64,000 nucleotides of DNA from Eledone cirrhosa (lineage: Eukaryota). The translations under genes and the position numbers were made by a program. The stretch is taken from assembly GCA_964016885.1 (NCBI GenBank), contig OZ024742.1, positions 207,948,001-208,012,000 on the forward strand. The letters run 5' to 3'. The notes below the pieces were generated by a model. The model was not told where the DNA came from and did not search any database. It was given only the letters and a program-made list of their open reading frames with translations. Of the stretch, positions 38,928 through 51,831 are shown piece by piece. The first letter of the stretch is position 1; each line of letters opens with the position of its first letter.

Positions 38928-39090
38928 ACTGAGGATGTGTGTGTGTGTATATATCCGTACCCACATAACTTCTACAGTTTTCATGCAACCGATTTTCTTC
39001 AAATTTGGAACAAACATGCGTTATGTGCTCAGAAGTGTTGTGGACTTATAAAATTCTCAAGTTTTTGTCAATACGGCCCCTAGGTGGACG
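38925..39090 (+). mobile_element. 5' fragment of a non-autonomous Helitron
   Basis: aactgaggatgtgtg..caaccgattttcttcaaattt resembles the 5' end of the 52669-53585 family. Confidence 0.5.
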
Positions 39091-39169
39091 ATGTCTGTCT
39101 CTGGATCACCGAGACAATCACGTCACTTGTATATTCGTATGGTGGAATGCTACTGTGTGTGTGTGTGTG

Positions 39170-40340
39170 TGCGGTCCATCTGCTCCGCTACGTGGAGGGC
39201 TGGGCATGCCGTGGCTTATGATACGCAGACACGCGCTCAGGCTACGATATCTCCACCTCTTCCTCGACGGTGATCAGTTGTGGTCGCCGTTTGCTAGACG
39301 CGACTTTCCCCAGCTCGTCTCATTGACGGTGCTGCAGTCCTGGGTCAAGCGAAGACCGAGAGGGAGCGATTGGAGACTGGAATGTCTTCAGGCGCTCACA
39401 GCCCTCGACTAGTCGGGAAATGTGATCGGTGGAATCTCCACCTTGGCGTTCTATAGAGGATTAGTGGAGAAGAAGAGCGACGACGTACTTGGGGAGACTC
39501 TAGGCGTCGACGAAAATCAACTAGCCAATCTCTTCGGAAGAACTTTCGCGCCAGGGCATATGGACAATTTCCAGAAATCCCTGGCCTGGCAGTGCTACCG
39601 AGGAGCTTTGCCAGTTCGGGATGAACTCTACAGGCATAGAAGTGCCGTCAGTCGGGCATGTCCGAGATGCGCGCAGGGCGACGAAACCGTCCTGCACGCA
39701 CTCGTCCAGTGTCCGAGCATTGCTGACTTGTGGGTTTATGTCGAACACCTGCTGTTGCGTGTAGAACGGATCCATCGTAAGGATTGCCCCGCTCTCCTCC
39801 TTTAGCCGGGAAGGGCAGGCAGTTTTTATCTGTCAGTTTTGATCTGTCATGGCGAAAGAGATAGTATGGTGGACGCATCTGAAAGGGCTACACTTACCTC
39901 TTCGTTGATGTCCTGATTAACTTTTTAAAATTTCATTTGAAAAGGAAAATCAGTGTAGAGAGGGAAGTGCTCTTTTCCCAGCATTTTGTTGAAAGATGGG
40001 TGAGTGAGGCAAGAATGGCCCGAGTGAATGGGTCTACTCTGTGTATATGCCTGTAAATTGAAGGTGGAAAACTGGGAGAGGGCACTTGCCCTGGTGGTCA
40101 GGGTCACCGTGGCTCTTTTAATGGGTTTTCTCCACGGTGGCCCTCGGAAGGCTCCCCCATATTGGGGAATTTTTCATTGTTCTTTTTTTGTTACGTCCTC
40201 TGTTTTTTTTTTTACACGCAGAAATTCCCATTTGTACCGTCCTCTATTGTCCTGTACTATCCTTAATGTCTGACTTTGTGTAAACCCTTGTGGTTAATAA
40301 AGAAAGCATTATTATTATTATTAATATTATTATTATTATT
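39170..40340 (+). mobile_element. 3' fragment of L1/Tx1-like LINE (same family as 18070-20440)
   Basis: GGLGMP, KSLAWQCYRGALPVRD..CPRC..ETVLHALVQC; aataaa + (ATT)n tail. Confidence 0.9.
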
Positions 40341-40341
40341 T

Positions 40342-41430
40342 TTTTGAGTCTCAGTCATTGATGTTAGTTAACTGGAAAGTTTGTTGAAATGAATATCAAG
40401 CCACTACCTGCAGCCTCAGATATTCAGGACGTATCGGAGGGTTCTTGCTGTTCCCAGCAAGCATGCCTTTTGAAGCGTTCCAAAAAGCGTGAAGGGGCCA
40501 ATTTTCTTTAACCATCCCTGGAAACTTTTTGAGATAGTCCCTAGTGCGCCTATGACAATCGGGATCACTTTGACTTCATGGCAGTTCCAAATCCTTTTTA
40601 CCTCCCACTTTAAGTCCTGGTATCGGTTAATTTTCTCCCTCTCCTTCTCTTGCACTCTCGTGTCGAATGGGCAGGCCACATCCACAATCAGGCACGATCT
40701 TTTTTCCTTGTCCAAAACCACCAGGTCAGGTATATTGTGTTCCAGTTTCTTGTCCGTCTGTATCCTAAAATCCCACAGCACCTTCACCTGATCGTTTTCT
40801 ATCACCGCCTCTGGCTTATGCTCATACCACTTCTCAGAATGTGGTAAATTGTTTACTTTGCATAGGTGCCACTGGATCACCCTGCCCATCACATCATGTC
40901 TCCAGCCCTTATAGTGAGTCTGGGCTAGGTGTTTACACTCGGATACAATGTGAGCCACAGTCTCCTCTCTCTCTCCACAGATCCTGCACAGTGGGCTAGC
41001 CTCCTCCTTGTAAATGTGGTGTTTCAACCACTTCGTTTTGAGGGCCTGCTCCTGCGCAGCCATTAACATTCCTTCTGTTGCCTTTTTAAGGTCTCCTCTT
41101 TTCAACCAGTTCCATGTCTGTGGATCTCTAAATTCAGTTTTCCCAAAGAAGGTACTATGAAAGGATTTTTCCTGAAGGCTGCTCTTTCTCCTTGGTGTTA
41201 TTTCCTCCTTGGACATCCCCTGGCCTATTGTCCCCTCCTTCAGTACAGTTCTGAGCATTGGCTCCTTACTATCAGTTACGTATTTGTGTAGGTTGTTTTT
41301 TCTCCATCTGAACACAGTCCTCTATGCTGATAAGACCTCTTCCACCTTCAGATCTCCTTAAGTAGAGTCTATCGACATCACTCCTCCTGTGGAACAGTCA
41401 ATAGCTTCCTAGTCTTCCTATCCATTTCTT
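40342..41430 (-). mobile_element. R4/Dong-like non-LTR retrotransposon 3' part (CCHC + restriction-like endonuclease); ORF 40416-41315
   Basis: RLYL..GGRGL, AAQEQAL, CRICGEREETVAHIVSEC, RHD, PDLVVLDK..IVDVACP, KINRYQDL, PIVIGALG. Confidence 0.9.
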
Positions 41431-41661
41431 TTTGTTCACGTATACGAGACATTCAAAATTTACATAAATGTTTAAATTTAAATTTATATATCTAACCTTA
41501 TACAAATATAGGTTATACATAATATTATACATCTTCTCTATAAACATTTAATTATTTTCACGTTATTAAGCTATATATAGAAAATGCATATATATCATCG
41601 CTCGACATATCTTACCCGCTTTCATAAGTAAACAAAATCTATATTCACGCATAATTATTTA

Positions 41662-44130
41662 CTAGCTGACGTATCCAGCTTCGCTCGGATAAACAGATGA
41701 TAAGAGAAGACAGGTAAAAGAGAAAATGACTGTATTGGATGTTTGTCTGGTTACAGTATGAGGCGAGTCCGTTATGTCTATGTGATACAAAAAACAGTAA
41801 AAAAAATCTTCCAGATATACCAGATTCTTCGTTGTACTGTTTGTGCATAGTATATGATCAATTCTAGGTGTTCCCACCTAGAATAGTGACCTCTAGGAGA
41901 TGTTTCATCTTCTGCCTGACTGTAAAACGTATATCATTGCATAGATGTGGTTGTTCCACGTTTCTGAAAAGGATGATTCAAGTTCCAATATTTTATATTA
42001 CACTGGTCAACAGCCAAAATAGTTCTTACACGTGAATATGTGCATCTTACTAATTTCATAGCACTAAATTCAGTTTTGATATTCATTTTTTACTATCGGA
42101 CCAGAATACCTTAATATGAGATCTAAAATATGTTCCTCGTATTCCATTATTTATCCATTGTGTAACATATGATGACTTAGATATAAACATATTAACTTAT
42201 TAATAAAAATATATAAACATATTTTTATTTATTTTTTTAACACTTAGTATATTAACAAAACATTTCTGAACAACATTCTGAACATAGCAAAATATTTCAA
42301 AACATTTCTAAACAAATTTCTGGATTTTGCTTTTACGCTTGTTTTTCTAACTCTCCTCACGTTGCAGTGTCCAGCAGTAGTCGCCCTTCATGTTGGGATT
42401 GAACCGACCCTGATACCTACTCTCCACTATGAAACCTCTCTCTCCATGTTCATCACTGATGTCTCCTAGATTACTTGGGAATAAATCCAGATGAGAATGG
42501 AAGAAATAAAGCTTCAACGACATTCGTGAACCCAGAGCGCGATAATTTTGTATCATGGTTTCAACAATTTCTTTATAGTTGTCTGCACGGTGGTTTCCAA
42601 GCAGGTTCTGTGTCACATCTACAAATGATTTCCATGCATTAGTCTCCAAAGGGTTTAGTGTTTTCGTAAACTCACTATCATTAACCAGCATACGAATCTG
42701 AGGACCATTCAAAACCCCTGCTTTTAACTTTGCTTCAGATACCACTCTACCCAATTACTTACACAAGTACTGAAACCCATTACCTGTATGATCCATGCTG
42801 TTAATAAAGTGTTTGGCCAAGCCTAATTTGAGATGTAATGGAGGGAGGAATACTTTTTCTGGATCCACGAAAGGTTTGTACAAACAGTTGAATCTACCGG
42901 GTGCATCCTTTGGTCTTGTTGGCCAATCCTTCTTCCTGTAGTGCTCCGCATCTGCTCTACTATTCCACAAACATAGAATACACATATGCTTTGTGTAACC
43001 AGTCTGAAGACCTAGAAGTAGACTAATTAAGTTGTTTATGACGATGACGAGCGGTTGTAATGCCGACGCCAGGTTCCAGCAGGTTTTGTTGCTTCAGTCT
43101 TGATCCCGGGAGCTCTGCCTTTTCTTTAGACAAATGTAGGTCTTTAATGAGATCGTGAAGAGCTTCCTGGTTAAATGGTATGGGTTCACTTGTCTCATGT
43201 TCGTCTTGATAGTCATCATCAATAGGCGTTCCATCTCTCCCACTAGTCAAAGTTGTTGTGAATTATCCAAGAATAGCTGAGGATAGTTACAATTCTGTGA
43301 TCTAAAACAAAAGCAGTAAATATAAATTAGTTAACAACTAAATATAGTGGATACAATTGGATGAAGTAATATGAGCCACATAGCTATGGGTCATAAACAT
43401 GGATATGCTGGTTCTTGAAAACTAGACCCGATACAGCTTAACCGTTGTCATATTCAGATTCTGCACACTTGGTTACCCTAGAATCATACTAAATTATACC
43501 AGAACCATGAAATGAATATTTTTTTGTTGACCAGTGTTATATGTAGATATAGATATAGATAATTAATTTAAAAGATGTCTGTCAATGTAAAAAAAAGGTC
43601 CCTATTTACTCCCTTCACAACTCTGTGTATGTTAGACTGACAGACAGGCACACAGACAGATAAACTGCGTGGGGTTTGTGGGATGCCGCACGTACACACA
43701 CATACACGCATGGAAACACGCACATGCACGCAAACTTACACACGCACCCGTGCACTTACACACACGCACACACTCACACATGTTGATAGTTTTTACTTTC
43801 TGTAAAATGCTGCATGCACGCACACACACATAAACATACGCGCACGTACATACACACGCACACATGTTAATAGTTATTGCTTTCTTTCCCCTCTTATTTC
43901 CACACTACATCACACACACACATGTCTCTACACTGACACATATACATAGTGTATCCAAACACAGCGTTCCCTTTGCCTCTCTCTCCCCTCTCACTCCCTC
44001 GTTGGCATTATGCATATTAATTTATATTTGGCGTCGTTGAGGTGGGCGGAGTCGTTTGAAACCTACGAACAAATGATAATCGAGAATTATGACACACGGA
44101 ATACTGACATTATTGAAATTAATATATAGA
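41662..44130 (-). mobile_element. Non-autonomous Helitron hosting a nested DNA transposon
   Basis: 5' A|TCTATATATT at 44130; 3' hairpin tatccgagcgaagctggata then CTAG|T at 41662. Confidence 0.7.
42001..43536 (-). mobile_element. Chapaev3-like (CMC superfamily) DNA transposon, internally deleted
   Basis: TIRs cactggtcaaca / tgttgaccagtg, 3 bp TTA TSD; transposase remnants CILCLWNSR, LPPLHLKLGL, GPQIR, FFHSHLD, SDEHGER, RYQG, DYCW. Confidence 0.88.
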
Positions 44131-44786
44131 TGTACTAAATAACATTTTTAATAACGTTATACAATAATGTCTTATACTACAATACATTAAATTTATAACT
44201 GCACACATCATAATATTGAAGTATCATTTTATAGATATCAATGTACTTTTTCCGAAACTGCAGTAAAAATGATTTATATCGCTTATATTTTCATTAATAC
44301 TTAGCGTTGGAAGGCCGTTATGGTTTACAGAGTTTTGGTCTTTGTTAGAAATGTTTTACTGTAGATATTGTTGTTGTTAAAATTACTGTTTATTTGACCC
44401 GGTCAGTTCTGACCAGAATAAACCACAGCAAAAAGAAATCATTAAACACTTTCGGATCAGCTCACATATCTAACACATTCAATGTACCGTGGATTAAATC
44501 ATTGCGTTTTAAATCGAGCAGAAATGACTGTCGAATCTCACACTAAAATTAATTGTGTATACAGGGGAATAGAGATGACTTCACAAAATACCTGATTTGA
44601 ATTCATTGGCATGTTTATTTTCAATGTATTCTGAGATTATATTTATATAGATACGGATGTTTGTGTTGCTATTTTTTTTTTATTGTTACCCTAAGGCTAA
44701 TCCTGATTAAAATAAACTATGATTAAATGTAGTCCAGGTGTGATCATTGGACCAAATAAAGGAAATCACGAACTACGATATTATTT

Positions 44787-45265
44787 AATACCTTTTTTAA
44801 GACGATAGCAAGATACTAGCAAGAAAGGCTACCAAATAGCGGTGTTCATTAATATATCTATCTACAGTTTTCCTGTAGGTTATATTTATAAATATTCTTA
44901 TTCAGCTGTGTCATTACAGTGAAATTGTGCGTCAGTGATATATTATTTAAACCCCGAAGCTTTGTAAAGAAATAGAGATAAAAAATATACGAAAAAAGTC
45001 CAATTATATAACCCCTAATATGTGATCCTGATCAGGAATATAATGGATCACTGGACTCCAAATACTGTGTGTTCAGCTTATTTTAAACTCAATTGATCGT
45101 GTGTCACATACAAATCAACCTTAATGTAAAGACGATAAAAATAAGAGGAAGGGGAATAAGACTAAAAACAAACAAACAAGTAGTAGTAGCAGTAGTAGTA
45201 GTAGTAGTAGTAGTAGTAGCAGTTGTAGTAGTGTTCAGAAGAAAAGATGAAGAGTGAAAAGTAGG
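44787..45265 (+). repeat. ~480 bp direct repeat, copy 1 (copy 2 at 50154-50650), flanking the LINE
   Basis: Long near-identical runs including (TAG)n; copy 2 has two short extra segments. Confidence 0.92.
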
Positions 45266-45310
45266 AAGAAAAAGAAAAAAAAGAAACAAATGAAATAGAG
45301 AAAAGCGAAA

Positions 45311-48300
45311 ATAATAGTTTCATTTATTGGACAGAAAGGGCCGACATATAGGAGACAATAAAAAAGACAGGGATAGTGGTGTAAACAATATAAATAACAA
45401 TAATAATACAAGGAAAATTCCCCAATAGGGGGGATAACCATCCAGAGTTCACTCAGGTACTCCACCAATCCTGAACCACCCGACGCTTCGAGAGCACCCA
45501 GGAAGGGCACCCCTCTCCCCCTCAAATTCGCCAGCCTACTGGTGCATGATGAGATTAGGCCCACTCACACGGGTCATTCTCGCCACATTCACCCACCTTC
45601 CTTTCCAAATGAAATTTGAAAAAGTTGATGAGGGATTGGCCGAAGTGTCTGTCTTCAGTCCTTTCAACCTGGTCCCCAATACAACCTGTTTCCATACTGC
45701 ATTATTAGCCGCGGCAGACCCAGACCTCCACGTCGAGGGTACTGGCAGCAAATGAACCGCCTCACTAACCAAAACTGTCCCCTCCACAAGAATTTGCAGA
45801 GCAGCCGTTCCAAGTGGGCGAGGTGTGAACGGGGGCAAGGCACGAGGGTCAGGCAGTAGTAGATGACGGACGTGATGTACGCATTCGCCACCTCCGCCCA
45901 ACCTTCCAGTCAAAGCTTCCTCGCAGAGCATTTCTGGGTGAGACTGGCTACCTTGCTTGTCACCTCGTCCTAATTCTTATTCACCTGCAGGTCTAGCCCA
46001 AACCAAACCGAGAGCAACATTATCGGACCGTCCGTCCAGCGCCAAACGACGCTGTTGGACAGCATGGACGTACCTCTCCAGGTGCTAAGTTGCAAGCCCC
46101 CCCCCCCCGCCGACTTTTGTGGGTTGAGTTTCGCTTCTGTCAACCTTTCATATTCCTCCAATAAGTGGCCGACCACCTCGACTTACGAGGTGTCCAACAC
46201 CATCACAGTAATGTCGTCCGCATAAGCCGACAGAGCCTTTCCGCGTCCGTCCCGGGTCAAGCGGAATGCCTTGCAACAACTGTAGCTTCTGTAGCAAATG
46301 CTAGAGAGTCAATACGTACATAAGGAAAGAGAGATAGAGCACCCTTGACGGACCGATCAGAAGATCTGAAACGGGATCCGAGAGGTGGTCATTAAGTGTG
46401 ATCACCGAGCAGATGCCACTGTTCCTTGCAATGAGCCAGATTCTGAAGACGGGCCGAAACCAGCTACCTTGAGGACAGCCTCCAGGTACCGATGGTCGAG
46501 GCTATCGAATGCTTTCGTTTGATCTAAATTGATCAGAGGCCCACCGAAGCCAGGTTTGCACCCAACCGTCTCTATGATGTATCGCATGAGGTGGAGGTTG
46601 TAGCAGAGTTATGGGCTTGAAATCATCTAATGTGTTCCTCTTGTTCTCGTCTTTTCTTATCAGCGTCAATACGTTCCATCTCACAGAACTTGGAATACTC
46701 CCGTTCTGCTGCCAGTTGCCGTAGAGTGCTTCCAGGAGATAGGAGAACAAGTCTGGCATATTTACGTAAAGCTCATAGGGCAGACCATCAAAACAACCTC
46801 GTGCAGCCGACAAGAGCATCCTGAATTTCGGCTGAAGTTATCAGCCTTTCCCAGCGCTCAGCGTCTGCCGTGGAGAGGCGCAGCAATCCGTCGAAGTAGG
46901 GACTAAAGTCCGCTATCGTCTCTGACCCACCACTTCTCACGAACAACCGAGCAAAGTGCTGTGAAAGGCCTCACACATCTGCCTGGAATCATTCAGCTCG
47001 TGTCCGTCTCCATCCGACAAAGACCGAATTGTGGTTTTGTTACCACGCTGCGCCTCTTTGACGCGGGCCCATCGAACAGCTTTGGTTTCATCGTTTCTCA
47101 GGGCACGCGACTTAGCTCTGACAATGCAACCTTTCTGTTTCGCATTGAAGAAATGGTCTAATGCCATTCTCGCCACTAGCACGTCAGTTGCAATGCCATT
47201 ACAAATAGCCTCGTCTAACTTATCTACCAGCTTTCCTTCCCTTCTATTTTTCTCTAACGCTACTTCTTTGCTAAACCCTATCAAAATAACTTTAATCTGT
47301 TATTGACGACTCCCCCATGTCAACCTTTGCTTAACTAAATTGTTGACCCAGTCCCTGTAACCCTTACATGCCGGAAACAACATGTTCAGCTTTCAGTAAC
47401 CAGATCCTAACCTAGGCATCCGTTTTAAAACGGGAACAGCCTACACTGCTTCTATCTATTTTCTTATTGAAATCCTGTCTATACACGATCTAGATGATCC
47501 TATGTGGTTGGTCCAGATCCACACTTGCGCATTAGGGAAATGTAGTCGGCAACTGTCAGAGAGTTGGTACTGGCTGATCAGGTACTTGAGGCTCCCTTCT
47601 TTCTTCTGTCAGCTACCCTCACACAGTCTAGATGCCGTTGTAGCCCCCCGCTAACAGTAAAGGGTGAGACATATCAAGTAAGGCTTCCAGACGCCTAAAG
47701 AATTCTGGCCCTCCGGCCCCGGTAGGGTCGTAGATGGCCACCAGTTTAAAGGCACCACCTTCACTATTGTTCTCGTCCAGGATCACCAACTTACCGTCTG
47801 GGTCCCGGAAGATCGACCTTACCTCCAGATCCTGGCCTATCGTAAACAGTACCTCCACCCTACCTTCCATTCCCGGCCGACTAACAGACGCGAATGTCTG
47901 ATAATCGTCGAAAATGGGGGAAATCCTGGTCTTGATGACGGCAATTACATCCATATCTGGAGACCTGAGTTCATTGAGCAGGTGACCCTGCTTCCAAGGC
48001 TACCCCAGGCCTCGAACATTTAAACTTTCTACTCTTAATACGACCATGTTGGCAGGCTAAAAGAGAGAGGAAAGGCTTACTTATCTCCCGGGCTCTTGTG
48101 AATGTCGGGTTGTTCGACCTCCATAGTTGGTGGATTTTCTTTTGGGAACACATTTCAAAGTCTTGATGTGGGTTTTACGTTCGGGGTTCCAATGTCCGAG
48201 GAAAGCTGTCTCGAATCTCTTTGTAGAAATCGAGGGACATTCGCACCAGAAAGAAATCTGGCACGCGAAATGTGCTCGATTTAAAAATCTCTCCCTCTGA

Positions 48301-50148
48301 ATTTCTTCACATCGTGCTACGAGGGCCATGAATTCCTTGTTGGCCCTTCTGACAAACATGAAATTTTGTATGGTTTGTTGGAGCGGCTTTATTTGTTTCC
48401 TTGACTGTGGTGATAATGGTTTTGTCTGCAGTTTCAGTTTTTTGTGTGTGTATTTGTCCGTTTATGTTGTTGCGTTTGGGGAATCTGGTGATGGTGATGG
48501 TTTTGGTGGTGTTGATGTTGCTGTTGTTTGGGAGATGTTTGCGTGGGTGGTGTCTGCATTTTTTATTGTGGGTGTTTTTGTGCTTTTTGAAGGTATTTTT
48601 CTTTTTTGTGTCTTCTTTTTTGTTTTCCCTCATCTGCAAGATCAGGAGCCTGTGTCTGTAAGTGTGTCAGTGTCTGTAGATGTGTTTATGTTTTTGTTCA
48701 TGTGTGTATTTGGGGTGGGGGGGCTTTCGTCGTTTCCCCAATGTTGGTGGTGGCGTTTCCATTGGTGTTGTTGCTGTTGGTGTTGCCGGTGCTTGTGTTG
48801 GTGTTGGTCCTCGCCCTGGCGTCGACAGCAGTGGACGTATTGTCCCCTTGCACTTTTCAGCAGTTGAGGGTAGAAGGTTTGCAAATAGGTTGTTTCTCCG
48901 CAAACGAATCAATGCACCCATTTACCCTCAGTCATTATATGAACCATCGTCCTTTTCTGAAGAAGAATATGGCTGGAATTGTTTTTACATTCTCGGGCCT
49001 GATCTGGAGAAGTATCTCCATGTCAACCCCAGACCAGTTCTCGCTGATGGTTCTTGTAACCTCAATCGGGACGGTATCCGTCCCCTCTAAAATCACGCAT
49101 CCCAGGAGCCACCACATGTCAAGTCCTTGTGGAATCCTGGAAATGCAGATACTAGCCGATCATTTTCCCTTGTGGGAGGGGTACATAATGATTTTGAGGG
49201 TTTTTAAAGAGGTCATTGCATGTTTTATAGCGCGGGCCTCTGACTTAAACAACACGAAATGGTGTTATATTGTCTGCCCCTCGATATGTATTCGGTGTCA
49301 TACCTGTTGCACCTCAGCGCGGCTTCAATATCTGTCCTGGTGATTAAAGCCGCCCTCTTTGATTCTGCTGAGATGTTTCTGAAATGCACCGTTCTACGCT
49401 CCACTGCTTCAATGGCTTCTGCCAGGACAGTTAAGTTAGCCCAGGTTTTCTCTTGCTTAATGAGCTTCCATGCCTGCGCCATCTTTTCCTGTTTATTCAT
49501 GAGGTCAATGCTGAAACATGGCCTCTCTTTGCTGTTACCCAATGAAATTGTACTTGTTGTTGCTAATGTTCTTGTTGTTTTTGGTGGTGTTGTTGATATT
49601 GTCGTTGTTGCTGCTGTTGCTGTTGTCGCTGTTGCAGTTGGTTTTATCTTTGGTGCCACTGTTGTTTTAGGAACAGTTGGTTTTGGTTCTATCACTGTTC
49701 ATATTCTTGTTGCTGGTGTTAATTTCGTTGTTTCTGTTGTCTGCCATTTGGTTGTCGCTGTTACTGCTGTGGTTGGTGTTGTCACTGTTGCTGTTGTTGC
49801 TGTCGTTGCTCATGTTGTTTGTGGTATAATGTTTTGTGTTCGCATTATCCCTCCTCTCAACGTTTAAGCCGCTGTCACACCACAGCAGACTTACCGTTGG
49901 GGGCATGACTTCGCCATGTTTTTTTCTCTCGATATATTTTTCTTAGACGCAAAGTTCAAATATTTGGGCCAAAAGGCCCAAATGAAGGCGAAATACTATA
50001 ATATTTGGGCCTTTTGGCCCAAATATTATAGTGTTTCGCCTTCACACTTTTTCAAAAATTATATCAAATAATACGATTGAACAAATCTTGAAATTAAATA
50101 CCTTGTGGAGTTCATAAAAAAACACGTCTTCACCGTTTGGCAGCCAAT
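45311..50148 (-). mobile_element. Near full-length decayed L1/Tx1-like LINE: ORF1 ~49900-48060, ORF2 (APE-RT) ~48040-45540
   Basis: SLNVRGLG, VAIYDPTG, GGYN (APE); DGLPYELY, FKPITLL, NLDQTKAFDSLDH, SAYADD (RT); AATAAA + tatt tail; Thr-rich ORF1. Confidence 0.88.
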
Positions 50149-50153
50149 AATAG

Positions 50154-50584
50154 TAATACCTTTTTGAAGACCATAGTATATGGAGCAAAGGAGATTTAGC
50201 TGTCATTACTAGCAAGAAATGCTACCAAATAGGGGTGTTCATTAATATATCTATCTACTGTTTTCCTGTAGGTTATATTTATAAATATTCTTGTTCAGCA
50301 GTGTCATTACGGTGAAATTGTTCTGTCAATGATATATTATTTAAACCCCGAAGCTTTGTAAAGAAATAGAGATGAAAAATACATGATAATGGTATTCGAA
50401 AAAAGTCCAATTATATAACCCCTAATATGTGATCCTGATCAGGAATATAATGGATCACTGGACTCCAAATACTGTGTGTTCAGCTTATTTTAAACTCAAT
50501 TGATCGTGTGTCACATACAAATCAACCTTAATGTAAAGACGATAAAAACAAGAGGAAGGGGAATAAGACTAAAAACAAACAAAC

Positions 50585-50624
<40 letters not shown>

Positions 50625-50650
50625 TTTCAGAAGAAAAGTGGAAAAGTGAA
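50154..50650 (+). repeat. ~480 bp direct repeat, copy 2
   Basis: Matches 44787-45265. Confidence 0.92.
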
Positions 50651-50859
50651 GACGAGGGAAAACCAATATCCCGAAAAAAGGAAAAAAAAAAGAAAATAAT
50701 GAGCAAATGTATGGCTAATAAAATCGGATCGTGTGACGTAATAATGAAATAGGTGAACGATGTTCAGTAAATGTGCAGGATACACATTGATTAGAAAGGT
50801 GGAGGATGAATGTAGTTGGCATGCTATATAATGTCAACTAGAGGAAAGTTAACTTTATG

Positions 50860-51765
50860 TGTTCAGAGAATGTGAGGCCGCCTGTGAGACATGGGACCGG
50901 CTGGGACTTAGCACAGTAGACGTCCCTCCTCCTTCTCCCCCTGTTGACGTCAAGTCCCCCCAACGCACTTGGGATGCCATCCAGTGCGCCAGCTTGACCA
51001 GCACCGCCTTGCTTGTTTTCGTGCGGCCTCCAAACCCCACAGTGGTGCCTGGCTCCATGCTTTGCCCTCCTTCTCCACTGGCACGCAGCTAGACAACCAT
51101 AGCCTGCGAATCGGCGTTTCCCTGAGGCTCGGATCTGCCAACCACACCAATGTCGCTGCGGTTCCACCGTGGACACTTTCGGCCTCCACCCGCTTTCCTG
51201 TCGCCACAATGCCGGCCGCATTCCACGCCATACTGCCCTCAACGAAGTCTTTAAGCATGGCTTGGACGCTGCAGGCTTCCCTTCCCAGCTCAAGCCGATG
51301 GGGCTGGATCGAGCGGACGGCAAAAGGCCAGATGGCATGACCATCTTCCCATTCCGCGGTGGCAAACCCCTCGTCTGGGATGCCACTTGCACCGACACTT
51401 TCTGCAGCCGCAACCTGGTGCAGTCTGCGACTGACCCAGGTTCTGCTGCACGTCGGGCTGAGGGGGCCAAATTCCTCAAATACCGATCGCTCTCCGACAG
51501 GTTTGCGGTGGTTACCCTGGCAGTGGAAACTTCTGGTGTCCTCGGCTCCAGGGCTACCTCCTTACTCACCACCATAGGCGCTGAGCTGGCCAGCCGCAGG
51601 TGTGAGCCCCGCGAGTTGGAGTGGCTTTTCCAGCGCGTCTCCCTTGCCGTCTGCCGGGGTAACGCCTTCTCCATTCTGTCCGCCGGGGCTCTGGGTGAGC
51701 CCCATCGCGTACCAATAGATTAGTTAAATACCATTCTTTCATCTGATACAACACAATAAAGACAA
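50860..51765 (+). mobile_element. CRE-like non-LTR retrotransposon 3' part; ORF 51169-51723 is the zinc knuckle end + REL endonuclease
   Basis: PHSGAWLHALP, SLRLG, GLHPLSC..RH, GKRPDGMTIFP..GKPLVWDATCTDT, KFLKYR, AVETSG. Confidence 0.88.
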
Positions 51766-51831
51766 TATCTTTGAAAGCTAGAGTTTAATAAACGAGTAAA
51801 CATTGTGTGTAAAGAATGAACAGATAAGAAC

